A DNA stretch of 39,683 bases from Candidatus Woesearchaeota archaeon. Lineage in GTDB: Archaea > Nanobdellota > Nanobdellia > Woesearchaeales > 21-14-0-10-32-9. Location: the NCBI GenBank assembly GCA_007117755.1, contig SKFY01000039.1, forward strand, positions 1 through 39,683. The letters are read 5' to 3'. This document shows, piece by piece, positions 26,151 through 34,104 of this stretch (position 1 is the first letter of the stretch; every line of letters begins with the position of its first letter). Under the pieces are notes generated by a model. It worked only from the letters and a program-made list of their open reading frames with translations, was not told the origin of the DNA and ran no database searches. Made by a program: the position numbers and the translations under genes.

Positions 26151-27317
26151 ATGAACAAAAAAGGTCAAGATTCAACAGGTGCCGCAAGCATAATTTTTGT
26201 AATTACAGCCATATTAGTTCTTTATATTCTTTTAATACCTTCTGACGCTAGAGATTCTTTATTAGACGATAATCTTATTAGTAACGGAAATGATAATGGA
26301 AAAGAGGAAGATAGAGAGTACGTATTGGATGAACACGTGGGGAGATTAGATTATTTGGCTTCTTCAGAGAAGACTTATCCTATAAATTCTTTTATTATGC
26401 AAACTAAAACAGAGGCTAATATTTTAGTATCTAGAAGTGGTTTGAGCGTTATCAAAAGTGTTTTTGAAGATGAAAAAGCACGTGTTGATTTCCAAGCCAA
26501 TCCTGAATTAACAGGGGATTTGACTTTAGCTTTTAACATCGAGAGATCAGGCGGTATTTTAAGTATCACTCTTAATAATAACTTAATATTCAGAGGAGAG
26601 TTGAGTAGTGGTAATTCTCCACATATATTAATTGAGAATAGGCATTTACAAAGACATAACGAGTTAGTTTTTGAAGTTTCTAGTCCAGGATTCGTGTTTT
26701 GGAGAGTTAACCGTTATGATTTAACAAATATTAATGTAGTGGGAGACGTAACGGACGATAGTATGAGTAAGAGTAGTCAGAGTATTAATATTAGAAGTGC
26801 TGATTATGATTTATTTGATACTGCAAGACTTAGATTTTTACCAGTTTGTGATGATTCAGTTAGTGGTTTGAGTATTAGCATAAATAATAGAGAAGTTTTT
26901 AGAGGAAGCCCTGATTGTAATGTTTTTAACCATATAGAGTTTAGTAAAGATATTGTTTACCCAGGTGTTAACTTTTTAGATTTTAAAATTAGCAGAGGTC
27001 ATATTTTAATGGATCGTGTGGAGATTATAAGCAGTCTTGACGCTCCCGAACCTCCTGTTTATTATTTTGAAATTGACGAAGAAGAGTATTTTAGTAATGG
27101 AGAGTTGAACAAGTACGTTATTGCAGGTATAGAGTTTACAAATCCTGATAGGAAAAGATTAGAATTATTTGTGAATGGCAGGATAATAGGTATTACTACA
27201 ACAGATGTTAAAGTTGAAAGAGATATTTCTGAATTTGTAGAGCCAGGAATGAATTCTATAGAGATTAGACCTAGACAAGATCTTGATATTTCTAGTTTGA
27301 AAGTTTGGTTAGAATAA
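26151..27317 (+). CDS. Exported protein P1: pilin-like or signal-anchor N-terminus plus three internal beta-rich repeats; unknown family
   Basis: The N-terminus is MNKKGQ followed by a hydrophobic stretch (AASIIFVITAILVLYILLI). There are three roughly 80-100 aa repeats with a shared LSI(T/S)(L/I)NN..(I/V)FRG and ..N.(L/I)(E/D)F pattern. TTTATAAA lies 24 nt upstream. Confidence 0.6.
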   Translation: MNKKGQDSTGAASIIFVITAILVLYILLIPSDARDSLLDDNLISNGNDNGKEEDREYVLDEHVGRLDYLASSEKTYPINSFIMQTKTEANILVSRSGLSVIKSVFEDEKARVDFQANPELTGDLTLAFNIERSGGILSITLNNNLIFRGELSSGNSPHILIENRHLQRHNELVFEVSSPGFVFWRVNRYDLTNINVVGDVTDDSMSKSSQSINIRSADYDLFDTARLRFLPVCDDSVSGLSISINNREVFRGSPDCNVFNHIEFSKDIVYPGVNFLDFKISRGHILMDRVEIISSLDAPEPPVYYFEIDEEEYFSNGELNKYVIAGIEFTNPDRKRLELFVNGRIIGITTTDVKVERDISEFVEPGMNSIEIRPRQDLDISSLKVWLE

Positions 27318-27378
27318 CTAAAAAAAAAGAGTGTTATTTTAAAAAAATTAATAAAGACTTGATTCGTATGTTTAATTT

Positions 27379-28851
27379 ATGGCTTCAGAAAGTAGTGCGA
27401 GTAACGGCTTCACATTATTATTTATAGTAGCTATAGTGATTCATTTAATAGATATATTCTTGTTTAATTTCGGGACTAGCACAGGCATACTTTTTGCGAG
27501 AGCAACTATTTATTTAGTGGCTTTATCTTTGCCTTTTTATTTATCCATAGAAGGAGAAGCAGAACATAAACTAAAAGCTTCTTTGATACCAACAGGTATA
27601 GTTGTTTTGTTTTTCCCTATTTTTTTATGGATTATTAATTTAGCACCCGTTGATCATACTGTGCAAGAAACATTACATTTTTTAATGTTTATAATACCTA
27701 TTTGGCCTATTTATTTAGCTTTAAATTCGGGTTCGGGAGCTTTACAAACTTTGTTAAAAGCATATATATTCTTATTAGTTGCTGGAGCAATAGTAGTAAT
27801 TATAGGCTTATACGGTAGTGAAATTCCACAAACACCTGGATTAGATATTGGAAGAGTTGATTTTGAAAGAGCATGGACTGGTTTTAGAGAAGTTGTTATT
27901 GACAATACTTTTCAAGGAATAAGTAGTATAATAAGTGGTGCTAGAACCGAGATTGATACCAGGATTAACGAAAGTTTAGGTAGAGGTTATCAAGGAGATG
28001 TGGAAAGAGTTAGTTCTGATACTGGAATAACTATACAAAGACCTAATATTAGGAGTAGTTATAGCGAAGATGATATTATAAGAATATCAATTCCTGTCAG
28101 GGTTAGAACTTTCAAAGATAATGATACCGATATTGCTTTTGAGTGTAGCGCTACTAGTGGAAGAACAAGGGTTTTGGGTAACGTAACACCTAACATTGAA
28201 ACTTTTAGAGGTTTTGATACTAGAACAGTTTTTTGTGAATTCGAAAATCTTAGTAGGGGAACTTATCGTTTTGAGTTCACCGCTAATTTTGAATTTGAAA
28301 CGTGGGGTTATACCGAGCTTTATTTTGTAAGTGCCACGACTATAGAACAGTTATTCGAAGGAGGGGAAAGAATAGATGCTAGAGCCTTCGGTATTCCCAG
28401 GATGCCTAGAACAACATACACTACAGGCCCTGTGTTTTTAGGAACAAATAATAGTCAGGAAATGCCTTTAGAAGTTCATAGTGATAGAGACACTTATATT
28501 TATTTAGACTGGGGTGTTGAGAACGCTAATAGGCTATACGGAGATATTAACAGGATTAATCATTTTGAAGTGAGTTTACCTAGTGTTTTTAATTTGGATA
28601 GTGATAGGTGTAATTTACCTATTAGTAGCAGTGAAAGCGACACATCCGTTTCAGATTTATACACTTTACACAGATTTGAATATGACGGCACCGGGAGGAT
28701 TCTTAGTTTGGGTTGTGAAGTCACAATCCCTGTTAGTCAAAGAGGCGTTATTGTTAGTGATACTATAGGGAGTCTTACTGAAGTTACTGTTTTGTCAAAG
28801 GTTAATTATGATTATAGCTTAAGAGCTTTGGATACTATTAGGGTGACGTGA
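27379..28851 (+). CDS. Membrane protein P2: five TM helices plus a ~340-aa Cys-pair ectodomain; unknown family
   Basis: Five hydrophobic helices fall within aa 10-146. The ectodomain has two modules: FECSAT..VFCEF..FEFETWGYTELYFV and DRCNL..LGCEV..VNYDYSLRALDTIRV. Both resemble the C-terminal module of P3-P5. Confidence 0.6.
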   Translation: MASESSASNGFTLLFIVAIVIHLIDIFLFNFGTSTGILFARATIYLVALSLPFYLSIEGEAEHKLKASLIPTGIVVLFFPIFLWIINLAPVDHTVQETLHFLMFIIPIWPIYLALNSGSGALQTLLKAYIFLLVAGAIVVIIGLYGSEIPQTPGLDIGRVDFERAWTGFREVVIDNTFQGISSIISGARTEIDTRINESLGRGYQGDVERVSSDTGITIQRPNIRSSYSEDDIIRISIPVRVRTFKDNDTDIAFECSATSGRTRVLGNVTPNIETFRGFDTRTVFCEFENLSRGTYRFEFTANFEFETWGYTELYFVSATTIEQLFEGGERIDARAFGIPRMPRTTYTTGPVFLGTNNSQEMPLEVHSDRDTYIYLDWGVENANRLYGDINRINHFEVSLPSVFNLDSDRCNLPISSSESDTSVSDLYTLHRFEYDGTGRILSLGCEVTIPVSQRGVIVSDTIGSLTEVTVLSKVNYDYSLRALDTIRVT

Positions 28852-28854
28852 TAA

Positions 28855-29889
28855 ATGAAGAAGATAATACTTATGATTATGATACTAGGATTTTTAGTAA
28901 TCGCTGGTTGCGAACCTAGTCATCAAACTAGTCAATACGTAGGTACTAGAGGTGTGGATTTTGATTTTAGTACTAATATGCCACCTGACCAAGTTTATGT
29001 TAACGACGTTGTTTATTTCGGATTTGATGTTTTTAACAGAGGAGCACATGGCTTAGTAGGAGGTAAACAAGGTGTTTTAACTCTTGATTATAACCCTCTC
29101 TATTTCGAAATAGAAGGTACTCAACCAGATATTTTTTCTTTAACCGATCAGTCTAATAGATTATACACGACTTTTAACGTTGATGGGAGAAGAACGAGTT
29201 ACACACAAGGAGAAAAAACAGTGGTTAATCTTGGTTTGTTAAGAGCACAACTTCCAGGAACTAGAGAATCAGTGAATACTGCTTTGAACGCGAACATATG
29301 TTATCCTTATCGTACTTTCTTATCAGATGTTGTGTGTATAGACACTAATGTTTTTGAAGACGTCACAGATCCTTTGTGTAGAAGCACTCCCAAGACGTAT
29401 ACAGGGGGGCAAGGAGCTCCTATAAGTGTTTCTAGAGTTAATCCTTTAATGATGCCTATACGTGTAATTGAAGATGAAACCGAAACCACAGTTAGTATTG
29501 TTGATGAACACGGCCAATTCTGGGGTGTCGAGTCAGAAGTGGTTAGTACTAGACATGTTGTGTTAAAGCCTGTTTTTGAAATCCATATAAGGAACGTGGG
29601 CGGAGGAACTCCTTTTTATTCAGACGATAGAACAATTTTAGATGCTTGTCTTCGTAGTGATGAAACACGTCAGTTAAACAAGGTTTATGTAGAAGCTGAC
29701 TTGCAAGGTTTAGAACTTGATTGCACTCCTAGAATTGTTGATTTAAAAGATGGTATTACTCGTTGTGAAGTGAGAGATGATGATTTATCCGCTACTAGCA
29801 GTAGTTATAACGCTGTTTTAAATGTTGAATTAGAGTATTATTATGTGGATAGTCAAAGTAAAAGTGTATCTATTAGAAGATTAAGATAA
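28855..29889 (+). CDS. Lipobox protein P3, member of a paralogous triad; unknown family
   Basis: The signal peptide ends in VIAGC (lipobox-like). It has six further Cys (149, 161, 175, 265, 290, 304). Motifs are ICYPYRTF..VVCID..LCRS..GQGAPISVSR, IRNVGGG and the C-terminal ELEYYYVDSQSKSVSI. It starts 3 nt after the P2 stop. Confidence 0.65.
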   Translation: MKKIILMIMILGFLVIAGCEPSHQTSQYVGTRGVDFDFSTNMPPDQVYVNDVVYFGFDVFNRGAHGLVGGKQGVLTLDYNPLYFEIEGTQPDIFSLTDQSNRLYTTFNVDGRRTSYTQGEKTVVNLGLLRAQLPGTRESVNTALNANICYPYRTFLSDVVCIDTNVFEDVTDPLCRSTPKTYTGGQGAPISVSRVNPLMMPIRVIEDETETTVSIVDEHGQFWGVESEVVSTRHVVLKPVFEIHIRNVGGGTPFYSDDRTILDACLRSDETRQLNKVYVEADLQGLELDCTPRIVDLKDGITRCEVRDDDLSATSSSYNAVLNVELEYYYVDSQSKSVSIRRLR

Positions 29890-29902
29890 CTCACTAAATA
29901 AG

Positions 29903-29910
29903 TTTTTTTT
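29903..29910 (+). terminator. Oligo-T terminator after P3
   Basis: A T8 run lies 13 nt after the P3 stop codon, upstream of the P4 promoter. Confidence 0.45.
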
Positions 29911-29926
29911 AACTCGTGACTAATAA

Positions 29927-29940
29927 AAAGCTTTAAATAG
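29927..29940 (+). promoter_or_regulatory. BRE/TATA of the P4-P5 unit
   Basis: AAAGCTTTAAATAG ends 25 nt before the ATG at 29966. It is nearly identical to the P1 promoter. Confidence 0.45.
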
Positions 29941-29965
29941 TGTAGTTGTTAATAACTCTTATATT

Positions 29966-31258
29966 ATGGTTAATAATCGTGTAATCCTAGTGTTTTTACT
30001 GTCTTCAGTACTATTTTTAGCAGGGTGTATGCCCTTTGGCACTGATAAAGCTGCTAGGTGCGCCGATGATTTAGTAAATTGTAATTTTTATACAGGTAGT
30101 GAAGGCGTGGAGTTCAGACTACAAAATCCTCCCAGAACTCTTTATTTCCATTCTTATGACGCCCACCCAACAGACCCCGTGGGTAATAGAGTGGATTTTG
30201 ATATTAGAGTTGCTAACAGAGGAGCTAGTGAGACCTACGGAGCTACTTTTTTAACAGGTTTCGGAAGTAATTTTAGAATAATAAGACCTGACGGTACCGA
30301 AATTAGTAAGAGAGGAGTTCTGGATAGTTGTACATTTAATATAGGTGTGGGTGACGGAAGCATATTTTCAAGTTTCGCAATTAGATGTGAAGGTTTAGAT
30401 TTTCAAAGAAGCGACTGGGGAACTACTTTTAATGCTAGATTCAGCACTTTAAACGATATATTCGGATGGAACTTACCAGATGGACAAATAAGGATATTTG
30501 ATGACGGAGACGGATTAGATTTCACATTAGGACTTGAAGGTATGAGGTTAGATTTATATTATCACGGTAAAATATTATTAGGAATGATTAGTCATATAAA
30601 CTTAGATTATTACGGAGGAGCGGAGTTTTGGTTAAGAGGAGATAATCCTGAATACCCAGGAGGAGAGGAAGATTTCCAGACTTATACTGTTCAAATGTTA
30701 GGTAATTGGCCTGCAGGAACAGATAGGTATACCATGAATTATCAAGTAAAAAGTTGTTATGCTTATACTACTTTTGTAAGTCCTTTAGTTTGTGTAGATC
30801 CCAGTCCTTATTCAGGAGATGATAAGGTTTGTAGAACTAATCAAGCGGTTAATATGGGAACTCAAGGAGCTCCAGTGGCTGTTACTAGAATGGAACAGTA
30901 TAATACAGGAAGAACTTTAGAACTGATATTTACAGTGAGAAACGTCGGCGGAGGACAAGTTTGGGAAATAGGAAGCCTTGAAAGATGCAGTCCTTATTAT
31001 CCTGATACGAGAATAACCAGTGGTCATAAAAACATTATTTATGTAGGATATGCAGAGATTGGAGGAGTAGGTTTGAGATGTGACAGAAGAGAAATAAGAT
31101 TAAATGAGAGAGGAGAAGGTACTTTCCGCTGTACTTATAACTTGGCGGATTCAGACACCTTAGTAGGAAGTGCTTATGAAGCTCCTATTAGGATGGAGCT
31201 TTGGTATGGTTATGAAAAATCAATAACTAGATCTTTAGAAATAATGAGGGCTAGTTAA
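29966..31258 (+). CDS. Lipobox protein P4, member of a paralogous triad (with a ~110-aa insertion); unknown family
   Basis: The signal peptide ends in FLAGC. Motifs are SCYAYTTF..LVCVD..VCRT..TQGAPVAVTR, VRNVGGG and the C-terminal MELWYGYEKSITRSLEI. It has four extra Cys in two pairs, and its own TATA-like box 25 nt upstream. Confidence 0.65.
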   Translation: MVNNRVILVFLLSSVLFLAGCMPFGTDKAARCADDLVNCNFYTGSEGVEFRLQNPPRTLYFHSYDAHPTDPVGNRVDFDIRVANRGASETYGATFLTGFGSNFRIIRPDGTEISKRGVLDSCTFNIGVGDGSIFSSFAIRCEGLDFQRSDWGTTFNARFSTLNDIFGWNLPDGQIRIFDDGDGLDFTLGLEGMRLDLYYHGKILLGMISHINLDYYGGAEFWLRGDNPEYPGGEEDFQTYTVQMLGNWPAGTDRYTMNYQVKSCYAYTTFVSPLVCVDPSPYSGDDKVCRTNQAVNMGTQGAPVAVTRMEQYNTGRTLELIFTVRNVGGGQVWEIGSLERCSPYYPDTRITSGHKNIIYVGYAEIGGVGLRCDRREIRLNERGEGTFRCTYNLADSDTLVGSAYEAPIRMELWYGYEKSITRSLEIMRAS

Positions 31259-31264
31259 GGAGGT
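31257..31264 (+). promoter_or_regulatory. Shine-Dalgarno site of P5
   Basis: AAGGAGGT lies 8 nt upstream of the ATG at 31273. Confidence 0.6.
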
Positions 31265-31272
31265 AAAATAAT

Positions 31273-32232
31273 ATGAAAAGAACAGTATTAATAATGTTAC
31301 TCGTGGCGGTTTTATTAGTTGCGGGTTGTGAAGGAGACAGCGAAACTAGGTTAAGAGCAGATCCTTTTATAGGAGGAACAGAAGGTTTACAAGCTCGTTA
31401 CATAGAAGGTTATCCTCCATCTAGCGTATTAGATGGTGGAGAGGACGAGTTTAGCGTGATTGTAGAGTTAACTAATAAAGGAGAAGCTGAAATTGAACCT
31501 CAAAACGTTAAAGTTACTTTAGGAGGATTCTCAGCAAGACACTTCAACAAAGGCATTGAAGACTTAACAAGGTTTAATTCTGAGCTTATAGAAAAGAATC
31601 AGAAGAATCCTGATGGAAGTATTATAGAATCTTTCCCTTACGAGATAGAATTCGAAGGATTTTCTTACCAAGATAGGATTCAAGGAAATCAAGAATATCC
31701 TTTCAGAGCAGAAATTTGTTACGGTTACCAAACTAATGTTGTTTCAAGTGTTTGTGTAAAGGAAGACTTTAGAAGAGATACTGCCGATAGGGATATATGT
31801 ACTGTTAATAGTAGAAGAACAGTTCATAATAGCGCCGCTCCTGTTCAAGTTACTAACTTACAGCAAACAGCTGCTAGTACAGGCTCTGCAAGAGTCACGT
31901 TTAAAGTTGAAAACGTGGGTAGAGGAGATGTTTATAAGGTTGGTGCTGAAGAAACTTGTAATGTAGATAGTAGAGATATAAACATGGTACATGTTGAAAT
32001 TAGTGGTTTTGAAACCGGTGCTGGTGAAGAAGTCGATTGTAGAGGCTTAAGAGATGGCGATAGTACTAGTGGATTCTTAAATATTGGTGGAGACACAGGT
32101 GGAGAAGTTAGTTGTACTATTTCTTTCGCTGATGGTACCAGATCTGCTAGGATTCAAAACTTCGATATAACTTTAGACTACGACTATAGACAAACTATTA
32201 CTAGAAGTATCGTTGTAGAACACGGTTCTTAA
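31273..32232 (+). CDS. Lipobox protein P5, member of a paralogous triad; unknown family
   Basis: The signal peptide ends in LVAGC. Motifs are ICYGYQTN..SVCVK..ICTV..SAAPVQVTN, VENVGRG and the C-terminal LDYDYRQTITRSIVV. A strong SD, AAGGAGGT, lies 8 nt upstream. Confidence 0.65.
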   Translation: MKRTVLIMLLVAVLLVAGCEGDSETRLRADPFIGGTEGLQARYIEGYPPSSVLDGGEDEFSVIVELTNKGEAEIEPQNVKVTLGGFSARHFNKGIEDLTRFNSELIEKNQKNPDGSIIESFPYEIEFEGFSYQDRIQGNQEYPFRAEICYGYQTNVVSSVCVKEDFRRDTADRDICTVNSRRTVHNSAAPVQVTNLQQTAASTGSARVTFKVENVGRGDVYKVGAEETCNVDSRDINMVHVEISGFETGAGEEVDCRGLRDGDSTSGFLNIGGDTGGEVSCTISFADGTRSARIQNFDITLDYDYRQTITRSIVVEHGS

Positions 32233-32250
32233 GTGAAATAATTAAGAATC

Positions 32251-32257
32251 TTTTTTT
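32251..32257 (+). terminator. Oligo-T terminator after P5
   Basis: A T7 run lies 18 nt after the P5 stop codon. Confidence 0.4.
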
Positions 32258-32259
32258 AT

Positions 32260-33219
32260 TTATTTTTTTGTATTGATTATTACGAATGTTGCGAGTAAGC
32301 TTTCTAATTGTATGTATTCATCGCTTCCTTCTACTAGTTTGAATTCTACTTCTCCGCATTCTCTTATCATCCTCATTTTTTTAGGATTGTCTATTTCTAA
32401 GGACCATATTTCTTTTTGTAGTTGTTTTATGACGTCGCTTCCTGAAAGTCCTTGTTTTAGCATTACGTCTAGTAGTGATTTTTTTGCTTGTTCAAAGTTT
32501 TCTTTTAGACAGTGTTGTAATAATTCTTTTATTTCTCTTGGTTCTGCATAGCTTGATATTTCGTATATCGTGCTTTCTTCTATGTTATTGGTTACTGCGT
32601 GGGCGCTTTGCATTATGTTTTCTAGTTTCCTTACATCTCCGTTACTTACTTGGTAAAGTGCTTTTTTTGCGTCGTTTGTTAATGTTATGGATTCTTTTTT
32701 AGCTATGTTATCTATTATATTGTTAATTTCTTCTTCGTTTAAGGGTTTGAATCTGAAAAGTGTGCATCTGCTTTGTATAGGGTCTATTATCTTGCTGCTG
32801 TAGTTGCAGCTTAGTATGAAGCGACATGTTTGTGTGTAGTTTTCCATTGTTCTTCTTAGTGCTTGTTGTGCTTCTTTAGTTAGTGCGTCGCTTTCGTCTA
32901 AGTAGATTATTTTGAATGGTGCGTTTCCCAGGCTTTTTGTCCTGGCGAAGTCTTTTACTTTTTGTCTTACTACGTCTATTCCTCTTTCATCACTCGCGTT
33001 TAATTCCAAGAAGTTTTCTTTCCATTCTTCTCCGTATAGTTCTTTTACTATTACTAGTGATAAAGTGGTTTTTCCTACGCCTGGTGGTCCTGAGAATAGT
33101 AAGTGTGGTAAGTTTTTTTTGTCTACGAATGCTTTTACTCTTTTTACTATGTCGTCTTGTCCTTTTACTTCTGAGAATTTTTGTGGTCTGTATTTTTCTG
33201 TCCAGATGTTTGACTCCAT
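32260..33219 (-). CDS. rfcS: Replication factor C small subunit
   Basis: WTEKYRP, GPPGVGKTT (Walker A), IIYLDESD (Walker B) and the QSRC motif; 319 aa, no intein. Confidence 0.9.
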   Translation of the reverse strand: MESNIWTEKYRPQKFSEVKGQDDIVKRVKAFVDKKNLPHLLFSGPPGVGKTTLSLVIVKELYGEEWKENFLELNASDERGIDVVRQKVKDFARTKSLGNAPFKIIYLDESDALTKEAQQALRRTMENYTQTCRFILSCNYSSKIIDPIQSRCTLFRFKPLNEEEINNIIDNIAKKESITLTNDAKKALYQVSNGDVRKLENIMQSAHAVTNNIEESTIYEISSYAEPREIKELLQHCLKENFEQAKKSLLDVMLKQGLSGSDVIKQLQKEIWSLEIDNPKKMRMIRECGEVEFKLVEGSDEYIQLESLLATFVIINTKK

Positions 33220-33291
33220 GTCTTTTCGTTAATGTTGATTTGTTTATATTTGTTTTTATTAACAAATAAAAAAAGTAAAGAAAAAAAATTG

Positions 33292-33717
33292 TTATAAGTC
33301 AATACCTGAATTTGTACTCATATCATATAATTTTTTTGATATATATCTTTTATCTTTTATTTCATCTAAGTTCTCTATATATTTTGAGATTTTATTACGT
33401 GTTACTAAGCTAGTATCCCAAATCTGTTCTCTATAAGCCATATTTACTAACTGAGGAATAAGATCGCGACCGTTACGATAACTATTTAAAAATCCTTGTA
33501 TAACACCTCTTACCATCATTTTCCTAATAGGCAGTTCTACATGATTAAACTTTCCTTCTGCCTTTGAAGGAATGTACAACTCAGTATTTGTAAGTTCTAT
33601 ACCTTTTTTGTATGCTTCTTTTAGCTCGCTGAAAAAAAAATCATCTTTATATTTATGTACTACTTCATTAAGATTTGTTTTAAGTTTATCTTTTAAACAT
33701 AATCCTGGATCAATCAT
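33292..33717 (-). CDS. Hypothetical protein (141 aa), no family recognised
   Basis: I placed the start at the ATG at 33717 (MIDPGLCL), preceded by GGGAGGG 7 nt upstream. The track start at 33798 lies only 6 nt from the TTTATAAA box at 33805-33812, too close to be transcribed from it. Confidence 0.45.
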   Translation of the reverse strand: MIDPGLCLKDKLKTNLNEVVHKYKDDFFFSELKEAYKKGIELTNTELYIPSKAEGKFNHVELPIRKMMVRGVIQGFLNSYRNGRDLIPQLVNMAYREQIWDTSLVTRNKISKYIENLDEIKDKRYISKKLYDMSTNSGIDL

Positions 33718-33888
33718 GCTAATTCCCTCCCAATTTAATATAATTTCAAAGCTTAAACATTTGTTTTTTTTAAGCTTTGATATTTGATAGTGAAACAAAA
33801 AGAGTTTATAAATTTTTACTAATAAATAGTAACGGAATAATTTTTTTTAGTTAAATTTAAATATTATAGTTATTTCTATAGTTTTATT

Positions 33889-34104
33889 ATGGTTACTACA
33901 ATTCAAATCTCGGACAAAACAAAAAATAAGTTGAATATTATTAAATCAAATACTAAAAAGACTTATGACGAAATAGTTTCATCTCTTTTAGAGCATGAAG
34001 AAAAGTTATTGTTAAAAGAGCAAATAAGTAGTTATTATTCTAAGTATGCCGATGAAGATTTAGAAGAAGTTAATGAGTGGAAATATACCGAGGTAAGAGA
34101 TTGA
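33889..34104 (+). CDS. Antitoxin of a type II TA pair (short ribbon/VapB-DUF217-like N-terminus)
   Basis: 71 aa. TIQISDKTKNKLNIIK...TYDEIVSSLL resembles the archaeal putative-antitoxin family usually found with PIN toxins. The C-terminal tail is acidic. Its stop overlaps the toxin start (TTGA). Confidence 0.55.
   Translation: MVTTIQISDKTKNKLNIIKSNTKKTYDEIVSSLLEHEEKLLLKEQISSYYSKYADEDLEEVNEWKYTEVRD

Noticed and set aside
28583-28768. 61-aa same-strand, out-of-frame ORF inside P2
   Set aside because: It is fully embedded in the longer P2 frame, which shares a module with P3-P5, and it has no independent signals.
31921-31929. RGD tripeptide in P5 (NVGRGDV) as an integrin-type adhesion motif
   Set aside because: It falls in the conserved NVG(G/R)G strand, which reads NVGGG in the paralogs P3 and P4, so it is most likely coincidental.
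26151-32232. Higher G+C of the surface module as evidence for a horizontally acquired island
   Set aside because: Synonymous codon choice looks the same as in neighbouring genes (A/T-ending). The shift is explained by the Lys-poor, Gly/Asp/Arg/Thr-rich protein composition. There is no integrase, flanking repeat or tRNA-border signature.
32273-33269. Five ORFs (75-117 aa) in alternative frames over rfcS
   Set aside because: All lie inside a clearly conserved RFC gene whose A-rich, T-poor sense strand removes stop codons in the other frames. Their products are low-complexity L/F/S/R strings.
33718-33798. 27-codon N-terminal extension of the orphan ORF (MFHYQISKLKK...)
   Set aside because: The track start is only 6 nt from the TTTATAAA box. 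The internal ATG at 33717 has a GGGAGGG SD at the proper distance.
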